Below, one piece after another: positions 42,527 through 50,905 of a stretch of 50,906 nt of DNA (the first letter of the stretch is position 1; each line of letters begins with the position of its first letter). A program made the translations under genes and the position numbers. Under the pieces are notes generated by a model that saw nothing but the letters and a program-made list of their open reading frames with translations, was not told where the DNA came from and searched no databases. The stretch is from an uncultured Clostridia bacterium (GTDB lineage: Bacteria; Bacillota; Clostridia; TANB77; CAG-465), in contig CANQUF010000006.1 of the NCBI GenBank assembly GCA_947626975.1, positions 1-50,906 of the forward strand, in the 5' to 3' direction.

Positions 42527-43267
42527 ATGGAAAATTTTTTAACATTAACAAATACAAAAAATATATCAAACGATATAGATATAACTAAAGATAAAAATAT
42601 ATTAGAAGTTCAAAATATTAATGTTTTTTCTAATATATTATCTAATTTGATTGATAAAGGTACGAATTATATAATAAAATCTTTACCAGTTAACAGTAGT
42701 ACAAAAGATATTTTAATAGATGTTAAAGATGCATTTAAAACTAAAAATTTTAAAAATATAGTAAGTACAGCAGTAAAAAGTAGCATAAGAGAAGGCTTAG
42801 AATTATTGTCTATTCCTAAGAATGTAATTCAGGATATAAACAATATAAAAAATATTGCTACGGCTGGAGGACTTTCTTGTGCACTATCTGCAGGAATAGA
42901 TATAGTAACAAATAAGTATTTAAAAAATAATTTATTAGCTCCTGTAATTAATAGATTTATTGATGAAACTAAAAATTTTATAAACAGTAATGATTTTAGT
43001 AATAAAATAACAAATACAATAAATAAATTTTTCGATAAAACTCAAGAATTTAAAAATATGTGTAATAAATGGTATCAAGAATATGATAAATTTAATATAG
43101 AAAATCTCAATACAATAGCAAAAACGCTTTCTTCAAAAATTAAAAATGTTATAAATAGTAAAGAATGTTTAATAGAAAATAATTTAATTCAAAATATGAC
43201 AAAATTAATTAATTCAAGAAAAGAAAAGTTATCTAGTAGTCAAGTAGAATTTTGTAATCTAATGTAA
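42527..43267 (+). CDS. Hypothetical helical protein
   Basis: 246-aa ORF with GGGAGG RBS, 12 nt after the previous gene. Confidence 0.75.
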   Translation: MENFLTLTNTKNISNDIDITKDKNILEVQNINVFSNILSNLIDKGTNYIIKSLPVNSSTKDILIDVKDAFKTKNFKNIVSTAVKSSIREGLELLSIPKNVIQDINNIKNIATAGGLSCALSAGIDIVTNKYLKNNLLAPVINRFIDETKNFINSNDFSNKITNTINKFFDKTQEFKNMCNKWYQEYDKFNIENLNTIAKTLSSKIKNVINSKECLIENNLIQNMTKLINSRKEKLSSSQVEFCNLM

Positions 43268-43289
43268 TTTTTTTCTAATTTAATTCCTA

Positions 43290-43720
43290 TAGTTTGTTTC
43301 AGTAAAATATTTTTTCAAAAAGAAATTTTAGTCTGGCTATAGCAATAAATAAAAATAGTAATATTATTATTTCTAAATTATTTTTAAATAATTATTTCAT
43401 GAATCTTTTTCATTACTTTATTTTATAGTACCTGACAAACTCGAACCATATTCCATTTAGCATTTTTTCTTAACTTTGCTAAAGCATTTGTTTTAGCTTC
43501 ATTCATAAAATATTTTAATGTTCTTTCTGTTTATTTTTATAATCTTTTATACATAGCTTCATTTACTTCTAATTCCTAGTATATATTAATGCTAACCATT
43601 AATTTAATTTTGTATACATGTCAAATTTTACTTTCTCTAAATTCTTCTAATTATATAAAGTGCATCTCTAATCTTTCTAATATTTCTATTTATTTTTTTA
43701 ACTTTTCTAAGATATTTTCA
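43290..43720 (-). pseudogene. Possible heavily decayed gene
   Basis: One minus-strand frame reads protein-like (ELEVNEAMYKRL*...YFMNEAKTNALAKLRK...) with many stops. Confidence 0.3.
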
Positions 43721-43849
43721 TATAAAAATATATAAGTAAATATATCTTATCTAAAATTCGACAAAATATTTATAAGTTATTGCAATATTAGAATATTTTA
43801 GTGTATAATAAAAATATATTAGCTAATAATTAATAATGGGGAGTAGTAA

Positions 43850-45148
43850 ATGAGAAAAGGAAATATAAATAATGAATATTATAATTCTGAATACACAAGC
43901 AATAAAAATAGAAAAACGAAAAAAGAAGATATAAAAAAATCTCATATCATTTCTATGGTAATTTGGCTTTTAATATTTATTTTTATGGCTTATCAGTTAT
44001 ATCTTTTAGCTATGTACACTATTGGTAAAGTAGATAAAGAAAAGGTTTGGTTATATAACACTATAAATAATATTATAGGTTTTTCAAGTAATAAAACAAA
44101 TTTAGAAGAAAGCACTCTAAAGTTAGCAGCGTTAGGAGATATTTATCTTACTACTGATACAATAAATGCTTCTAAAACATCTTCGGGTTATAATTTCTTA
44201 TCTGGTACAGAAAAAGTAAAAGACGAATTAAAAAAATTTGATTTAGTATTTGCAAGTTTAGCTACACCAGTAACTAATAATACTTCAAAAAATTTTGTTA
44301 GCACAAAAAAAGCTGGATATAAAGCACCAGCACAGTTAATAGATAATTTAAAAGATTTAAATATATCAGTACTTGCAACAGCAACAAACCATGCTTTTGA
44401 TAATGGCTCAGATGGAATTAGTGAGACAATTAATATATTAAATGATAAGAATATAAAACAAATAGGAATAAATGAATCAGAAAGTAAAATACTTGATCCA
44501 ATTGTAATAGAACAAAATAATATAAAATTAGGTATATTATCATATACAGTAAAGTCAGAGGAAAAATTAAGTGATAAAGATAGTTATTTAATAAATATAT
44601 TAGATGAAGATACTGTAAAAAAAGATGTTAAATATTTAAACGAAAAAAATGTTGATTTTATTATATCATATTTATGCATTCCTAATGAAGATTCTAATCT
44701 TGTTTCTAATATTCAAAAAGAAAGTGTAGAACTTTTAGTAAATAATGGAGTTAATGTTGTATTTGGTACAGGTTCAAATATACCGCAAGAGTATTTTGAG
44801 GATCAAGTAGAAATAAATAATAAAAATAATCATGTATATGCTGTTTATTCATTAGGTGATTTTTTTGGATCATATGAAACATATCTAAACAGGACTAGTG
44901 TTATTGCAAATATTGAGTTTACCAAAAAAGAAGTTAAAAATAAAAAAGGTGAGGTAATAAGTAGTTCTGTAAGTATGAATACTAAAAATCCTATATTTTT
45001 ATGGACACAATTATCATCAAAAAATTTAAAGACTATATATATAATATCAAATGATTTAGTAAATAGTAATTCAGCAAACTTACCATCACAAGACTATAAT
45101 AATTTAAAAAAAGCATATGAAAGATTAACATCATTATATGAAATGTAA
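43850..45148 (+). CDS. CapA/PGA_cap family protein, degenerate active site
   Basis: N-terminal TM; ALGDI, ATNHAFDNG, YSLGDF. Confidence 0.85.
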   Translation: MRKGNINNEYYNSEYTSNKNRKTKKEDIKKSHIISMVIWLLIFIFMAYQLYLLAMYTIGKVDKEKVWLYNTINNIIGFSSNKTNLEESTLKLAALGDIYLTTDTINASKTSSGYNFLSGTEKVKDELKKFDLVFASLATPVTNNTSKNFVSTKKAGYKAPAQLIDNLKDLNISVLATATNHAFDNGSDGISETINILNDKNIKQIGINESESKILDPIVIEQNNIKLGILSYTVKSEEKLSDKDSYLINILDEDTVKKDVKYLNEKNVDFIISYLCIPNEDSNLVSNIQKESVELLVNNGVNVVFGTGSNIPQEYFEDQVEINNKNNHVYAVYSLGDFFGSYETYLNRTSVIANIEFTKKEVKNKKGEVISSSVSMNTKNPIFLWTQLSSKNLKTIYIISNDLVNSNSANLPSQDYNNLKKAYERLTSLYEM

Positions 45149-45223
45149 TAATTATAAATGTAAATAAAGAATTGTTAAATATAATTTGCAATTCTTTATT
45201 TTTATTGTATAATAGTAATATAT

Positions 45224-45589
45224 ATGGAAGGAATGAAAATAATGAAAAATAAAGATTTAAATAAAAAAATTAATGAACTTGTAAAATCCTTTAAAGAAAC
45301 AGATGAATATATAGAGTATATTAATTTAAAAGAAAAAATTAAAAAAAATAGTATTCAATATAATATATTGAAAAATTTTAAAGATAAACAAAAAGATTAT
45401 CAACTTGAGTATATAAATGGAAAGGAATTAACTGATGAGAAAAGAAAAGAAATGGAACATTTATATTCAATAGTAATACATAATGAAGATTCAAGAAAAT
45501 TGCTAGAGGTAGAAATGAAAATTAATGTAATGCTTGCTGATGTACAAAAGATGATAGGATATATGGTTAAGGAGATAGTAGATTTTTAA
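45224..45589 (+). CDS. YlbF/YmcA family regulator
   Basis: EL...FKETDEY..Y, FKDKQ, LY........LLEVE; exact start uncertain. Confidence 0.75.
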   Translation: MEGMKIMKNKDLNKKINELVKSFKETDEYIEYINLKEKIKKNSIQYNILKNFKDKQKDYQLEYINGKELTDEKRKEMEHLYSIVIHNEDSRKLLEVEMKINVMLADVQKMIGYMVKEIVDF

Positions 45590-46233
45590 TGGGATTAGTT
45601 AAAAATATAAAAATGCTAAAAAGTAATTCAAAAGAAAGGATTAAATTAGATAAAATAATTGATAAATTACCTAGTAATTATGAAGTAGTAGAAGATATTT
45701 TAAAAATTATTGGTAATAAGACTACAAAAGTTGTATTTGATAACGATATAAAAAATAATTATTATACTTATTTAAATGATACTATATATCTTACTAAATC
45801 AAAAAAGTTTAATGATAAAAATAGATCTGGTAGAATTTGTGTAGTTGCACATGAATGTAGACATTCTGTACAGTCAAAAATTTTACAAAATATTAATTTT
45901 ATATTATCAAATTTAGAATTATTATCTTTTATAATAATGATTATATTAACTTTTATTAAATTTGTAAATATAACGTATTTATTCATATATTTTGGAATAA
46001 TTATTATTTCTATAATTCCTAGATTAATGCTTGAAATTGATGCAGTTATAAAATCTGTTCCTATTGCAAAAAAATACTTAGAAACCAAATTAAAAAAAGA
46101 TGATGTGGAATATGTGGAAAACTATTATAGTATTCATACTAAAATGTTATTACCTATATTTATTTTTTCTTTATTATTTGAAAGAATAGTACGAGCTATT
46201 ATAATATATGTATTATTTATATTATTTACATAG
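45589..46233 (+). CDS. Membrane-bound zinc metallopeptidase (YugP-like)
   Basis: VVAHECRHSVQ (HEXXH), two TMs, LEIDA third ligand. Confidence 0.7.
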   Translation: MGLVKNIKMLKSNSKERIKLDKIIDKLPSNYEVVEDILKIIGNKTTKVVFDNDIKNNYYTYLNDTIYLTKSKKFNDKNRSGRICVVAHECRHSVQSKILQNINFILSNLELLSFIIMIILTFIKFVNITYLFIYFGIIIISIIPRLMLEIDAVIKSVPIAKKYLETKLKKDDVEYVENYYSIHTKMLLPIFIFSLLFERIVRAIIIYVLFILFT

Positions 46234-46367
46234 AGTATATATAGTTAATAAAAAAGTTATAAGTTATAAATTAATAAAAGAATATTTAGAAATATATATT
46301 TTTAGATATTCTTTTTTTTAATTATTAAATATATATAAATTATGCGATGAAAAAATATAAAAAAATA

Positions 46368-46396
46368 TTTACAAACGCCTGTTTATAAGATATAAT
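46368..46396 (+). promoter_or_regulatory. SigA promoter with overlapping LexA-like box
   Basis: TTTACA-17-TATAAT; AAAC-GCCT-GTTT at 46373..46384 (Firmicute SOS box GAAC-N4-GTTC, AT-drifted). Confidence 0.55.
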
Positions 46397-46492
46397 ATAC
46401 AGGGATATAATGTTATTTTTGAATATAGTTATAAAATGTATATATAAACACTTACATATTTAAGTAGTAAAAGTGGAAAGGAAAAATATAAA

Positions 46493-46819
46493 ATGAAAAT
46501 GGAATTTATATTTGATAAAGAAAAATTAAAAAAAGAAGGATATGAAGAAGAACAATGTTTAAATATTATTAGAAAATATTTTAAAGAATATAATAGTAAA
46601 ACAATTAAAGAAACAAGGAAAGGCTATTTTGAAGGTGAAGAAGGTGATTGGAATGCTTTTGGATCTACTGCAATATTACCATATACTAATTGGTTTTTAA
46701 AAGTAATTAAAAAGTGGTATTGGTATTTAGATGAAGGAGATGGACTAGGAGAACAAAAAGAAGATTGTTTAAAAAGCTATTATGAAGTTGAAAAAATAAA
46801 TACAAGGAGTAATATATAA
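46493..46819 (+). CDS. Putative VapD-associated antitoxin (VapW-like)
   Basis: Abuts vapD (TAAATG); MEFIFD.EKL and WFLKVIKKW echo the VapD N- and C-terminal motifs; acidic C-terminal half. Confidence 0.6.
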   Translation: MKMEFIFDKEKLKKEGYEEEQCLNIIRKYFKEYNSKTIKETRKGYFEGEEGDWNAFGSTAILPYTNWFLKVIKKWYWYLDEGDGLGEQKEDCLKSYYEVEKINTRSNI

Positions 46820-47176
46820 ATGAAAAAAGCTTTAAATTTTGACTTGGATACTAAAAAATATATAGAGTTTACAAAAAGTAAAGCTACCAAAGCATATATA
46901 GAAATAAAAAAATTTTTAAAAAGAAATGAATTTGAACATAGGCAAGGATCAGGATATATTTCTAAGTATTCTTTAAGTGATGTTAAAGTTTTTGCAATAA
47001 TTCAAAAAATGTCTATAGAGTTAAAATGGCTTAAAAATTGTGTTAAACAAATAGATGTAACAAATATAGGAAAACAACATTCTATGATAGATATAATAAA
47101 TAAATCAGTAAATGAAGATAAGTTACTTTATATAAATAATATAAAAATAAACAATAATAAAGAGAGTAATATATAA
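46820..47176 (+). CDS. vapD: VapD (Cas2-like) nuclease/toxin
   Basis: ALNFDLDT, AYIEIKKFL, FEHRQGSGY, WLKNCV..IDVTNIG. Confidence 0.88.
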   Translation: MKKALNFDLDTKKYIEFTKSKATKAYIEIKKFLKRNEFEHRQGSGYISKYSLSDVKVFAIIQKMSIELKWLKNCVKQIDVTNIGKQHSMIDIINKSVNEDKLLYINNIKINNNKESNI

Positions 47177-47366
47177 TAAAATGTATTTCTCTCTTTTTTT
47201 ATATAATAGGAAAGTCATACCGAAAAAATTCAAAAAAGTGTAGGTTAACATAAAAGTACTATACTAATAAAGTTTAAACATTTATATTTCTTATCTATTT
47301 TACAGTTTACACACATATATTTTACAACTTTTTAGTCATCATAAAAAATAATTTTTTCTAAATACT

Positions 47367-47440
47367 TGTCGAATTTTGCGATGAAAAGTCAAAAAAATAT
47401 CTTTAAAATTCTTTACAAACATATGTTTAAACAGTATAAT
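47367..47440 (+). promoter_or_regulatory. Spo0A-box module, SigA promoter and LexA-like box
   Basis: TGTCGAATTTTGCGATGAAAAGTCAAA at 47367; TTTACA 47412, TATAAT 47435; AAACATATGTTT 47417..47428. Confidence 0.65.
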
Positions 47441-47472
47441 ACTATAAAAAGAAAGCGAGGTGAAAAAGTAAA

Positions 47473-47833
47473 ATGAAACTAAGCTTTAAATATATAGTAA
47501 AGAAAGGACAAAAAGAGCAAAAGAAAATAATAAAAGATTTAATATGGCATGTAACAAAAGTAAGTAATACTTTAATATATGATATAAAAGAGAAAAAAAT
47601 AGAAGTAAATGCAAATGAAAGTTTAAATATATTAAGAAAATATATAAAAGAGACTATTCCAAACCAAGAAGAACTTGCGATGGATAAAGGGCGAGAACAA
47701 CGTCCTATAAAGAAAAGAGTTGCCTAATATTTAGGTGGAGACTTGAGAGACAACATCTTTATATGTATATGTAAGATATACATGAAAAAAATCACATTTC
47801 AAATATTTTAAATGTGAGAGTGACGAAGGTCAC
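47473..47833 (+). mobile_element. tnpB: Internally deleted tnpB (IS200/IS605 or IS607 group) with right-end/omegaRNA region
   Basis: ORF 47473..47727 joins a TnpB-like N-terminus (MKLSFKY...LIWHVTKVSN) to its C-terminus (SLNILRKY...GREQRPIKKRVA); downstream hairpins end in GGTCAC at 47833. Confidence 0.72.
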
Positions 47834-47914
47834 TTTTGTTCTATAACAGTTATTTAAGTATATATCTAATCATTTATTATTATTTTTTACATATAAATGT
47901 AAAAGGTGAGATAA

Positions 47915-48634
47915 ATGAAAAATTATATAACACTTAAAAGATTATTTTTAATTACGAGTTTAATTTGCTTTTCTATTGTAGTTTATAGTATAATAAATAA
48001 TAAAGATGATATTCAAGTAAATGCAACACCGATAACAAATAAGGTTATTGTAATAGATGCGGGACATGGACTACCTGATGAAGGAGCAATAGGATTTAAT
48101 GGTACTTCAGAACAAGCAATTAATTTAAGTATTGCATTAAAATTACAAAAATTAGTTGAACAAAGTGGGGCTAAGGCTATTATTACTAGAAGTGATGAAA
48201 ATGGTATATATTCATTAGATAGCAATAGTATAAGGCAAAAGAAAGTAAGTGATACTAAAAATAGAGTAGAGATAGGTAATAATAGTGATGGTGATGTTTT
48301 TGTATCTATTCATTTAAATAAATATCCAGCTTCGTCTTCATATAGAGGTTGGCAAGTATTTTATCAGAAAAATAATGAAAAAAGCAAAAATATTGCTGAG
48401 ATTATACAAGATAATTTAAATAAAAATATTGATATAGAAAATAATAGAAAAGTTATGCCAATATCTGATATATATATAATGGATCATTTAACTATACCTG
48501 CTGTAATTGTTGAATGTGGTTTTCTTAGTAATCCAGAAGAGACAGAACTTTTAAAAACAGATGATTATCAAAATAAAATAGCATGGGGAATATTTATTGG
48601 ACTACAAACATATTTCTCACAGGAAGGAGAATAA
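47915..48634 (+). CDS. cwlD: Germination N-acetylmuramoyl-L-alanine amidase CwlD
   Basis: N-terminal TM; IDAGHGLPDEGA, SIHLN, GWQVFY, VECGFLSNPEE, YQNKIAW. Confidence 0.88.
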   Translation: MKNYITLKRLFLITSLICFSIVVYSIINNKDDIQVNATPITNKVIVIDAGHGLPDEGAIGFNGTSEQAINLSIALKLQKLVEQSGAKAIITRSDENGIYSLDSNSIRQKKVSDTKNRVEIGNNSDGDVFVSIHLNKYPASSSYRGWQVFYQKNNEKSKNIAEIIQDNLNKNIDIENNRKVMPISDIYIMDHLTIPAVIVECGFLSNPEETELLKTDDYQNKIAWGIFIGLQTYFSQEGE

Positions 48635-48635
48635 A

Positions 48636-49100
48636 TTGAATAAATATATGATGGAAGCACTAAAAGAGGCAAAAAAGGCCTATATTAAAGGTGAAGTGCC
48701 AATTGGTGCGGTAATTGTAAAAGATGGAAAGATAATAGCAAGAGCACATAATTTGCGTGAAAGTAAAAATATAAGTCTTGCTCATGCTGAAATTCTTTGT
48801 ATAGAAAAGGCATGTAAAAAATTAAATAGTTGGAGGCTAGATGGTTTAGACTTATATGTTACTTTAGAACCTTGTCCTATGTGTGCAGGAACTATTATTC
48901 AGTCAAGGATAAGGAAAGTATATATAGGTGCAAAAGATTTAAAAAATGGGTGTGTAGGTTCTGTAACAAATATACTAGATATTAATACAACACATAAAGT
49001 AGAATATGAATATTTAGAAGATTGTGAAGAGTGTTCAAGTATAATTACTAAATTTTTTAGAGAGTTAAGAAAAAACAAACAATATAAAAATGAATTATAG
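48636..49100 (+). CDS. tadA: tRNA adenosine(34) deaminase
   Basis: EVPIGAVIV, AHAE, TLEPCPMC, FFRELR; TTG start after AAGGAG. Confidence 0.93.
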   Translation: MNKYMMEALKEAKKAYIKGEVPIGAVIVKDGKIIARAHNLRESKNISLAHAEILCIEKACKKLNSWRLDGLDLYVTLEPCPMCAGTIIQSRIRKVYIGAKDLKNGCVGSVTNILDINTTHKVEYEYLEDCEECSSIITKFFRELRKNKQYKNEL

Positions 49101-49205
49101 CACGTAAAGAATTATATAAATATATATTAATTCTTTATGTGTTTTTGTTTTTTTAGCACAACTTTATTTTTAAATAATATAATTAATTAATAGAGGTGAA
49201 TATTT

Positions 49206-49652
49206 ATGGGGTTTTCAGATAGAGAGTTATTAGCGAGAATAATTATGTGTGAAGCTGGTGGCGAAGGTGAAAATGGTATGAAAGCAGTTGCCACGGTAAT
49301 AATGAATAGAGTGAATTCATCAAGTGGTGAATATCAAAGAGTATCTGCAGGTGGTAATATTAGAAATATCATAATGCAAAAAGGACAGTTTAATTGTGCT
49401 ACAGATACAATAAGAGGAAAATATAATTCACAAAATATATATAATATGAATCCAGAGCAAATTCATTACGATATAGCTGATTGGGCATTAAGTGGTAATA
49501 GTTTAAATGAAATTGGAATATGTTTATGGTTTATGAATCCTTTTTCTAATAATTGCCCACAAGAGTTTCCATATAATGGTACTGGAAAATTTCATACTAA
49601 GCTAAATAAGCATTGTTTCTTTACACCTACACCTCTTTATTACAATTCATAA
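49206..49652 (+). CDS. cwlJ: Spore cortex-lytic enzyme CwlJ-like
   Basis: LLARIIMCEAGGEGENGM, WFMNP...CP, HCFF; no signal peptide; paired with gerQ. Confidence 0.82.
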   Translation: MGFSDRELLARIIMCEAGGEGENGMKAVATVIMNRVNSSSGEYQRVSAGGNIRNIIMQKGQFNCATDTIRGKYNSQNIYNMNPEQIHYDIADWALSGNSLNEIGICLWFMNPFSNNCPQEFPYNGTGKFHTKLNKHCFFTPTPLYYNS

Positions 49653-49667
49653 AAAGGAGGAAAATTA

Positions 49668-50009
49668 ATGAATGATAATAATGAAGAATCAAGTATTATA
49701 AATAATAATCAGATTATTCCTGAAACTTTAAAAAATTCGGTATATACGCCTGCTTTTTTGAAAAAGTATATTGGAAATTTAGTTAAAGTTGAGTTCTTAA
49801 TAGGTACAACATATTTAGAAGATAGAACAGGAGTATTACTTGAAGTAGGAGCAAGTTATATAGTATTAAGATCTATACAAGATAATAACTTGTTATATTG
49901 TGATATATTCTCAATAAAATTTGTAACTATATCAAGGCAATCTTTTGTATACAATCCCGAAAATTACTTTAATTTTCCAAAATCAACCCAAGTTGGAAGT
50001 AATTTTTAA
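49668..50009 (+). CDS. gerQ: Spore coat protein GerQ-like
   Basis: FLKKYIGNLVKVEF...GVLLEVGASYIVL...SIKFV; follows cwlJ. Confidence 0.72.
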   Translation: MNDNNEESSIINNNQIIPETLKNSVYTPAFLKKYIGNLVKVEFLIGTTYLEDRTGVLLEVGASYIVLRSIQDNNLLYCDIFSIKFVTISRQSFVYNPENYFNFPKSTQVGSNF

Positions 50010-50301
50010 ATATAACTAAAATTTATTATACATAACAAATATGTTATATACTTTCATAAGAAAGTTATGTAACAATTTTTGATGTACAACAGGCATATGG
50101 AAAGACCGTAGTGTATATGTTAATAACTAAATAGAGAATTACAAACTATTTATTGAATAACAAAAAAATTAAAGCAGTATTAATTTTATGCTTTGTATGT
50201 TTTTATTCATTAAAAAATGAAAAAATGTGGTAAATTTTTTATAATAACTATCAAAAAAATAAATATCTTTAAGTATTTATTAGATATTTTAAGAAAATAA
50301 T

Positions 50302-50346
50302 AAAAATCTTTGTAACTTACTTATATCAAGTGTTACAAAGATTTTT
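50302..50346. terminator. Hairpin downstream of tRNA-Arg(CCT)
   Basis: AAAAATCTTTGTAAC...GTTACAAAGATTTTT. Confidence 0.8.
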
Positions 50347-50357
50347 AATTTTTGAAA

Positions 50358-50433
50358 TGGTGTTCCTGGTGCGAATCGAACGCACGACCAACAACTTAGG
50401 AGGTTGCTGCTCTATCCACTGAGCTACAGAAAC
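50358..50433 (-). tRNA. tRNA-Arg (CCT)
   Basis: Reverse complement GTTTCTG...CT-CCT-AA...GTTCGATTC...CAGGAAC-A-CCA, 76 nt. Confidence 0.96.
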
Positions 50434-50545
50434 AAAATTTATAATATAAAATATTATATCAAATTTTATATTAAATTACTACTTTTTATGTAAAAAAAAT
50501 GAAAAATATTGAAATTAATAATAAATTAATGTATAATAAATATAT

Positions 50546-50622
50546 GCAGCTGTAGCTTAATTGGATAGAGCATTCGGCTACGAACCGAAAGGTTGCAGGT
50601 TCAAGTCCTGTCAGCTGCACCA
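50546..50622 (+). tRNA. tRNA-Arg (ACG)
   Basis: GCAGCTG acceptor, CT-ACG-AA loop, GTTCAAGTC, CCA; 77 nt. Confidence 0.97.
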
Positions 50623-50831
50623 ATGACATTTCTGTTTGAACTAATAGAATAGATTTATAAATATCTTTCTAAAAAAGAATGGTATTTTTTTGTTTTATTT
50701 TCAGTATGTACTATATTATCCTTGAGTTTTGTACCATTTTTCAAAACTTATAGTTGAGAACGATTTAGTTAAGTAAAATAATTAATTTATTTTATTTTTT
50801 TAGTATTGTGAATTTCAGTAGGTAGCAAGAA

Positions 50832-50905
50832 TAAAAATGATAAAATAAAAGTAACCAAAAAAGGGAAAATAAAAATTACCAATATTGGCTACTTTTTTTG
50901 ATATA
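50832..50905 (+). repeat. Right copy of 74-bp inverted repeat
   Basis: Exact reverse complement of 1..74. Confidence 0.95.

Noticed and set aside
38938-43267. Complete conjugative element (ICE)
   Set aside because: No relaxase, coupling protein, integrase or att repeats; the flanks are housekeeping genes.
46820-47176. Cas2 / CRISPR-Cas locus
   Set aside because: No cas1 or other cas genes, and I saw no repeat-spacer array in the window; the motifs fit VapD.
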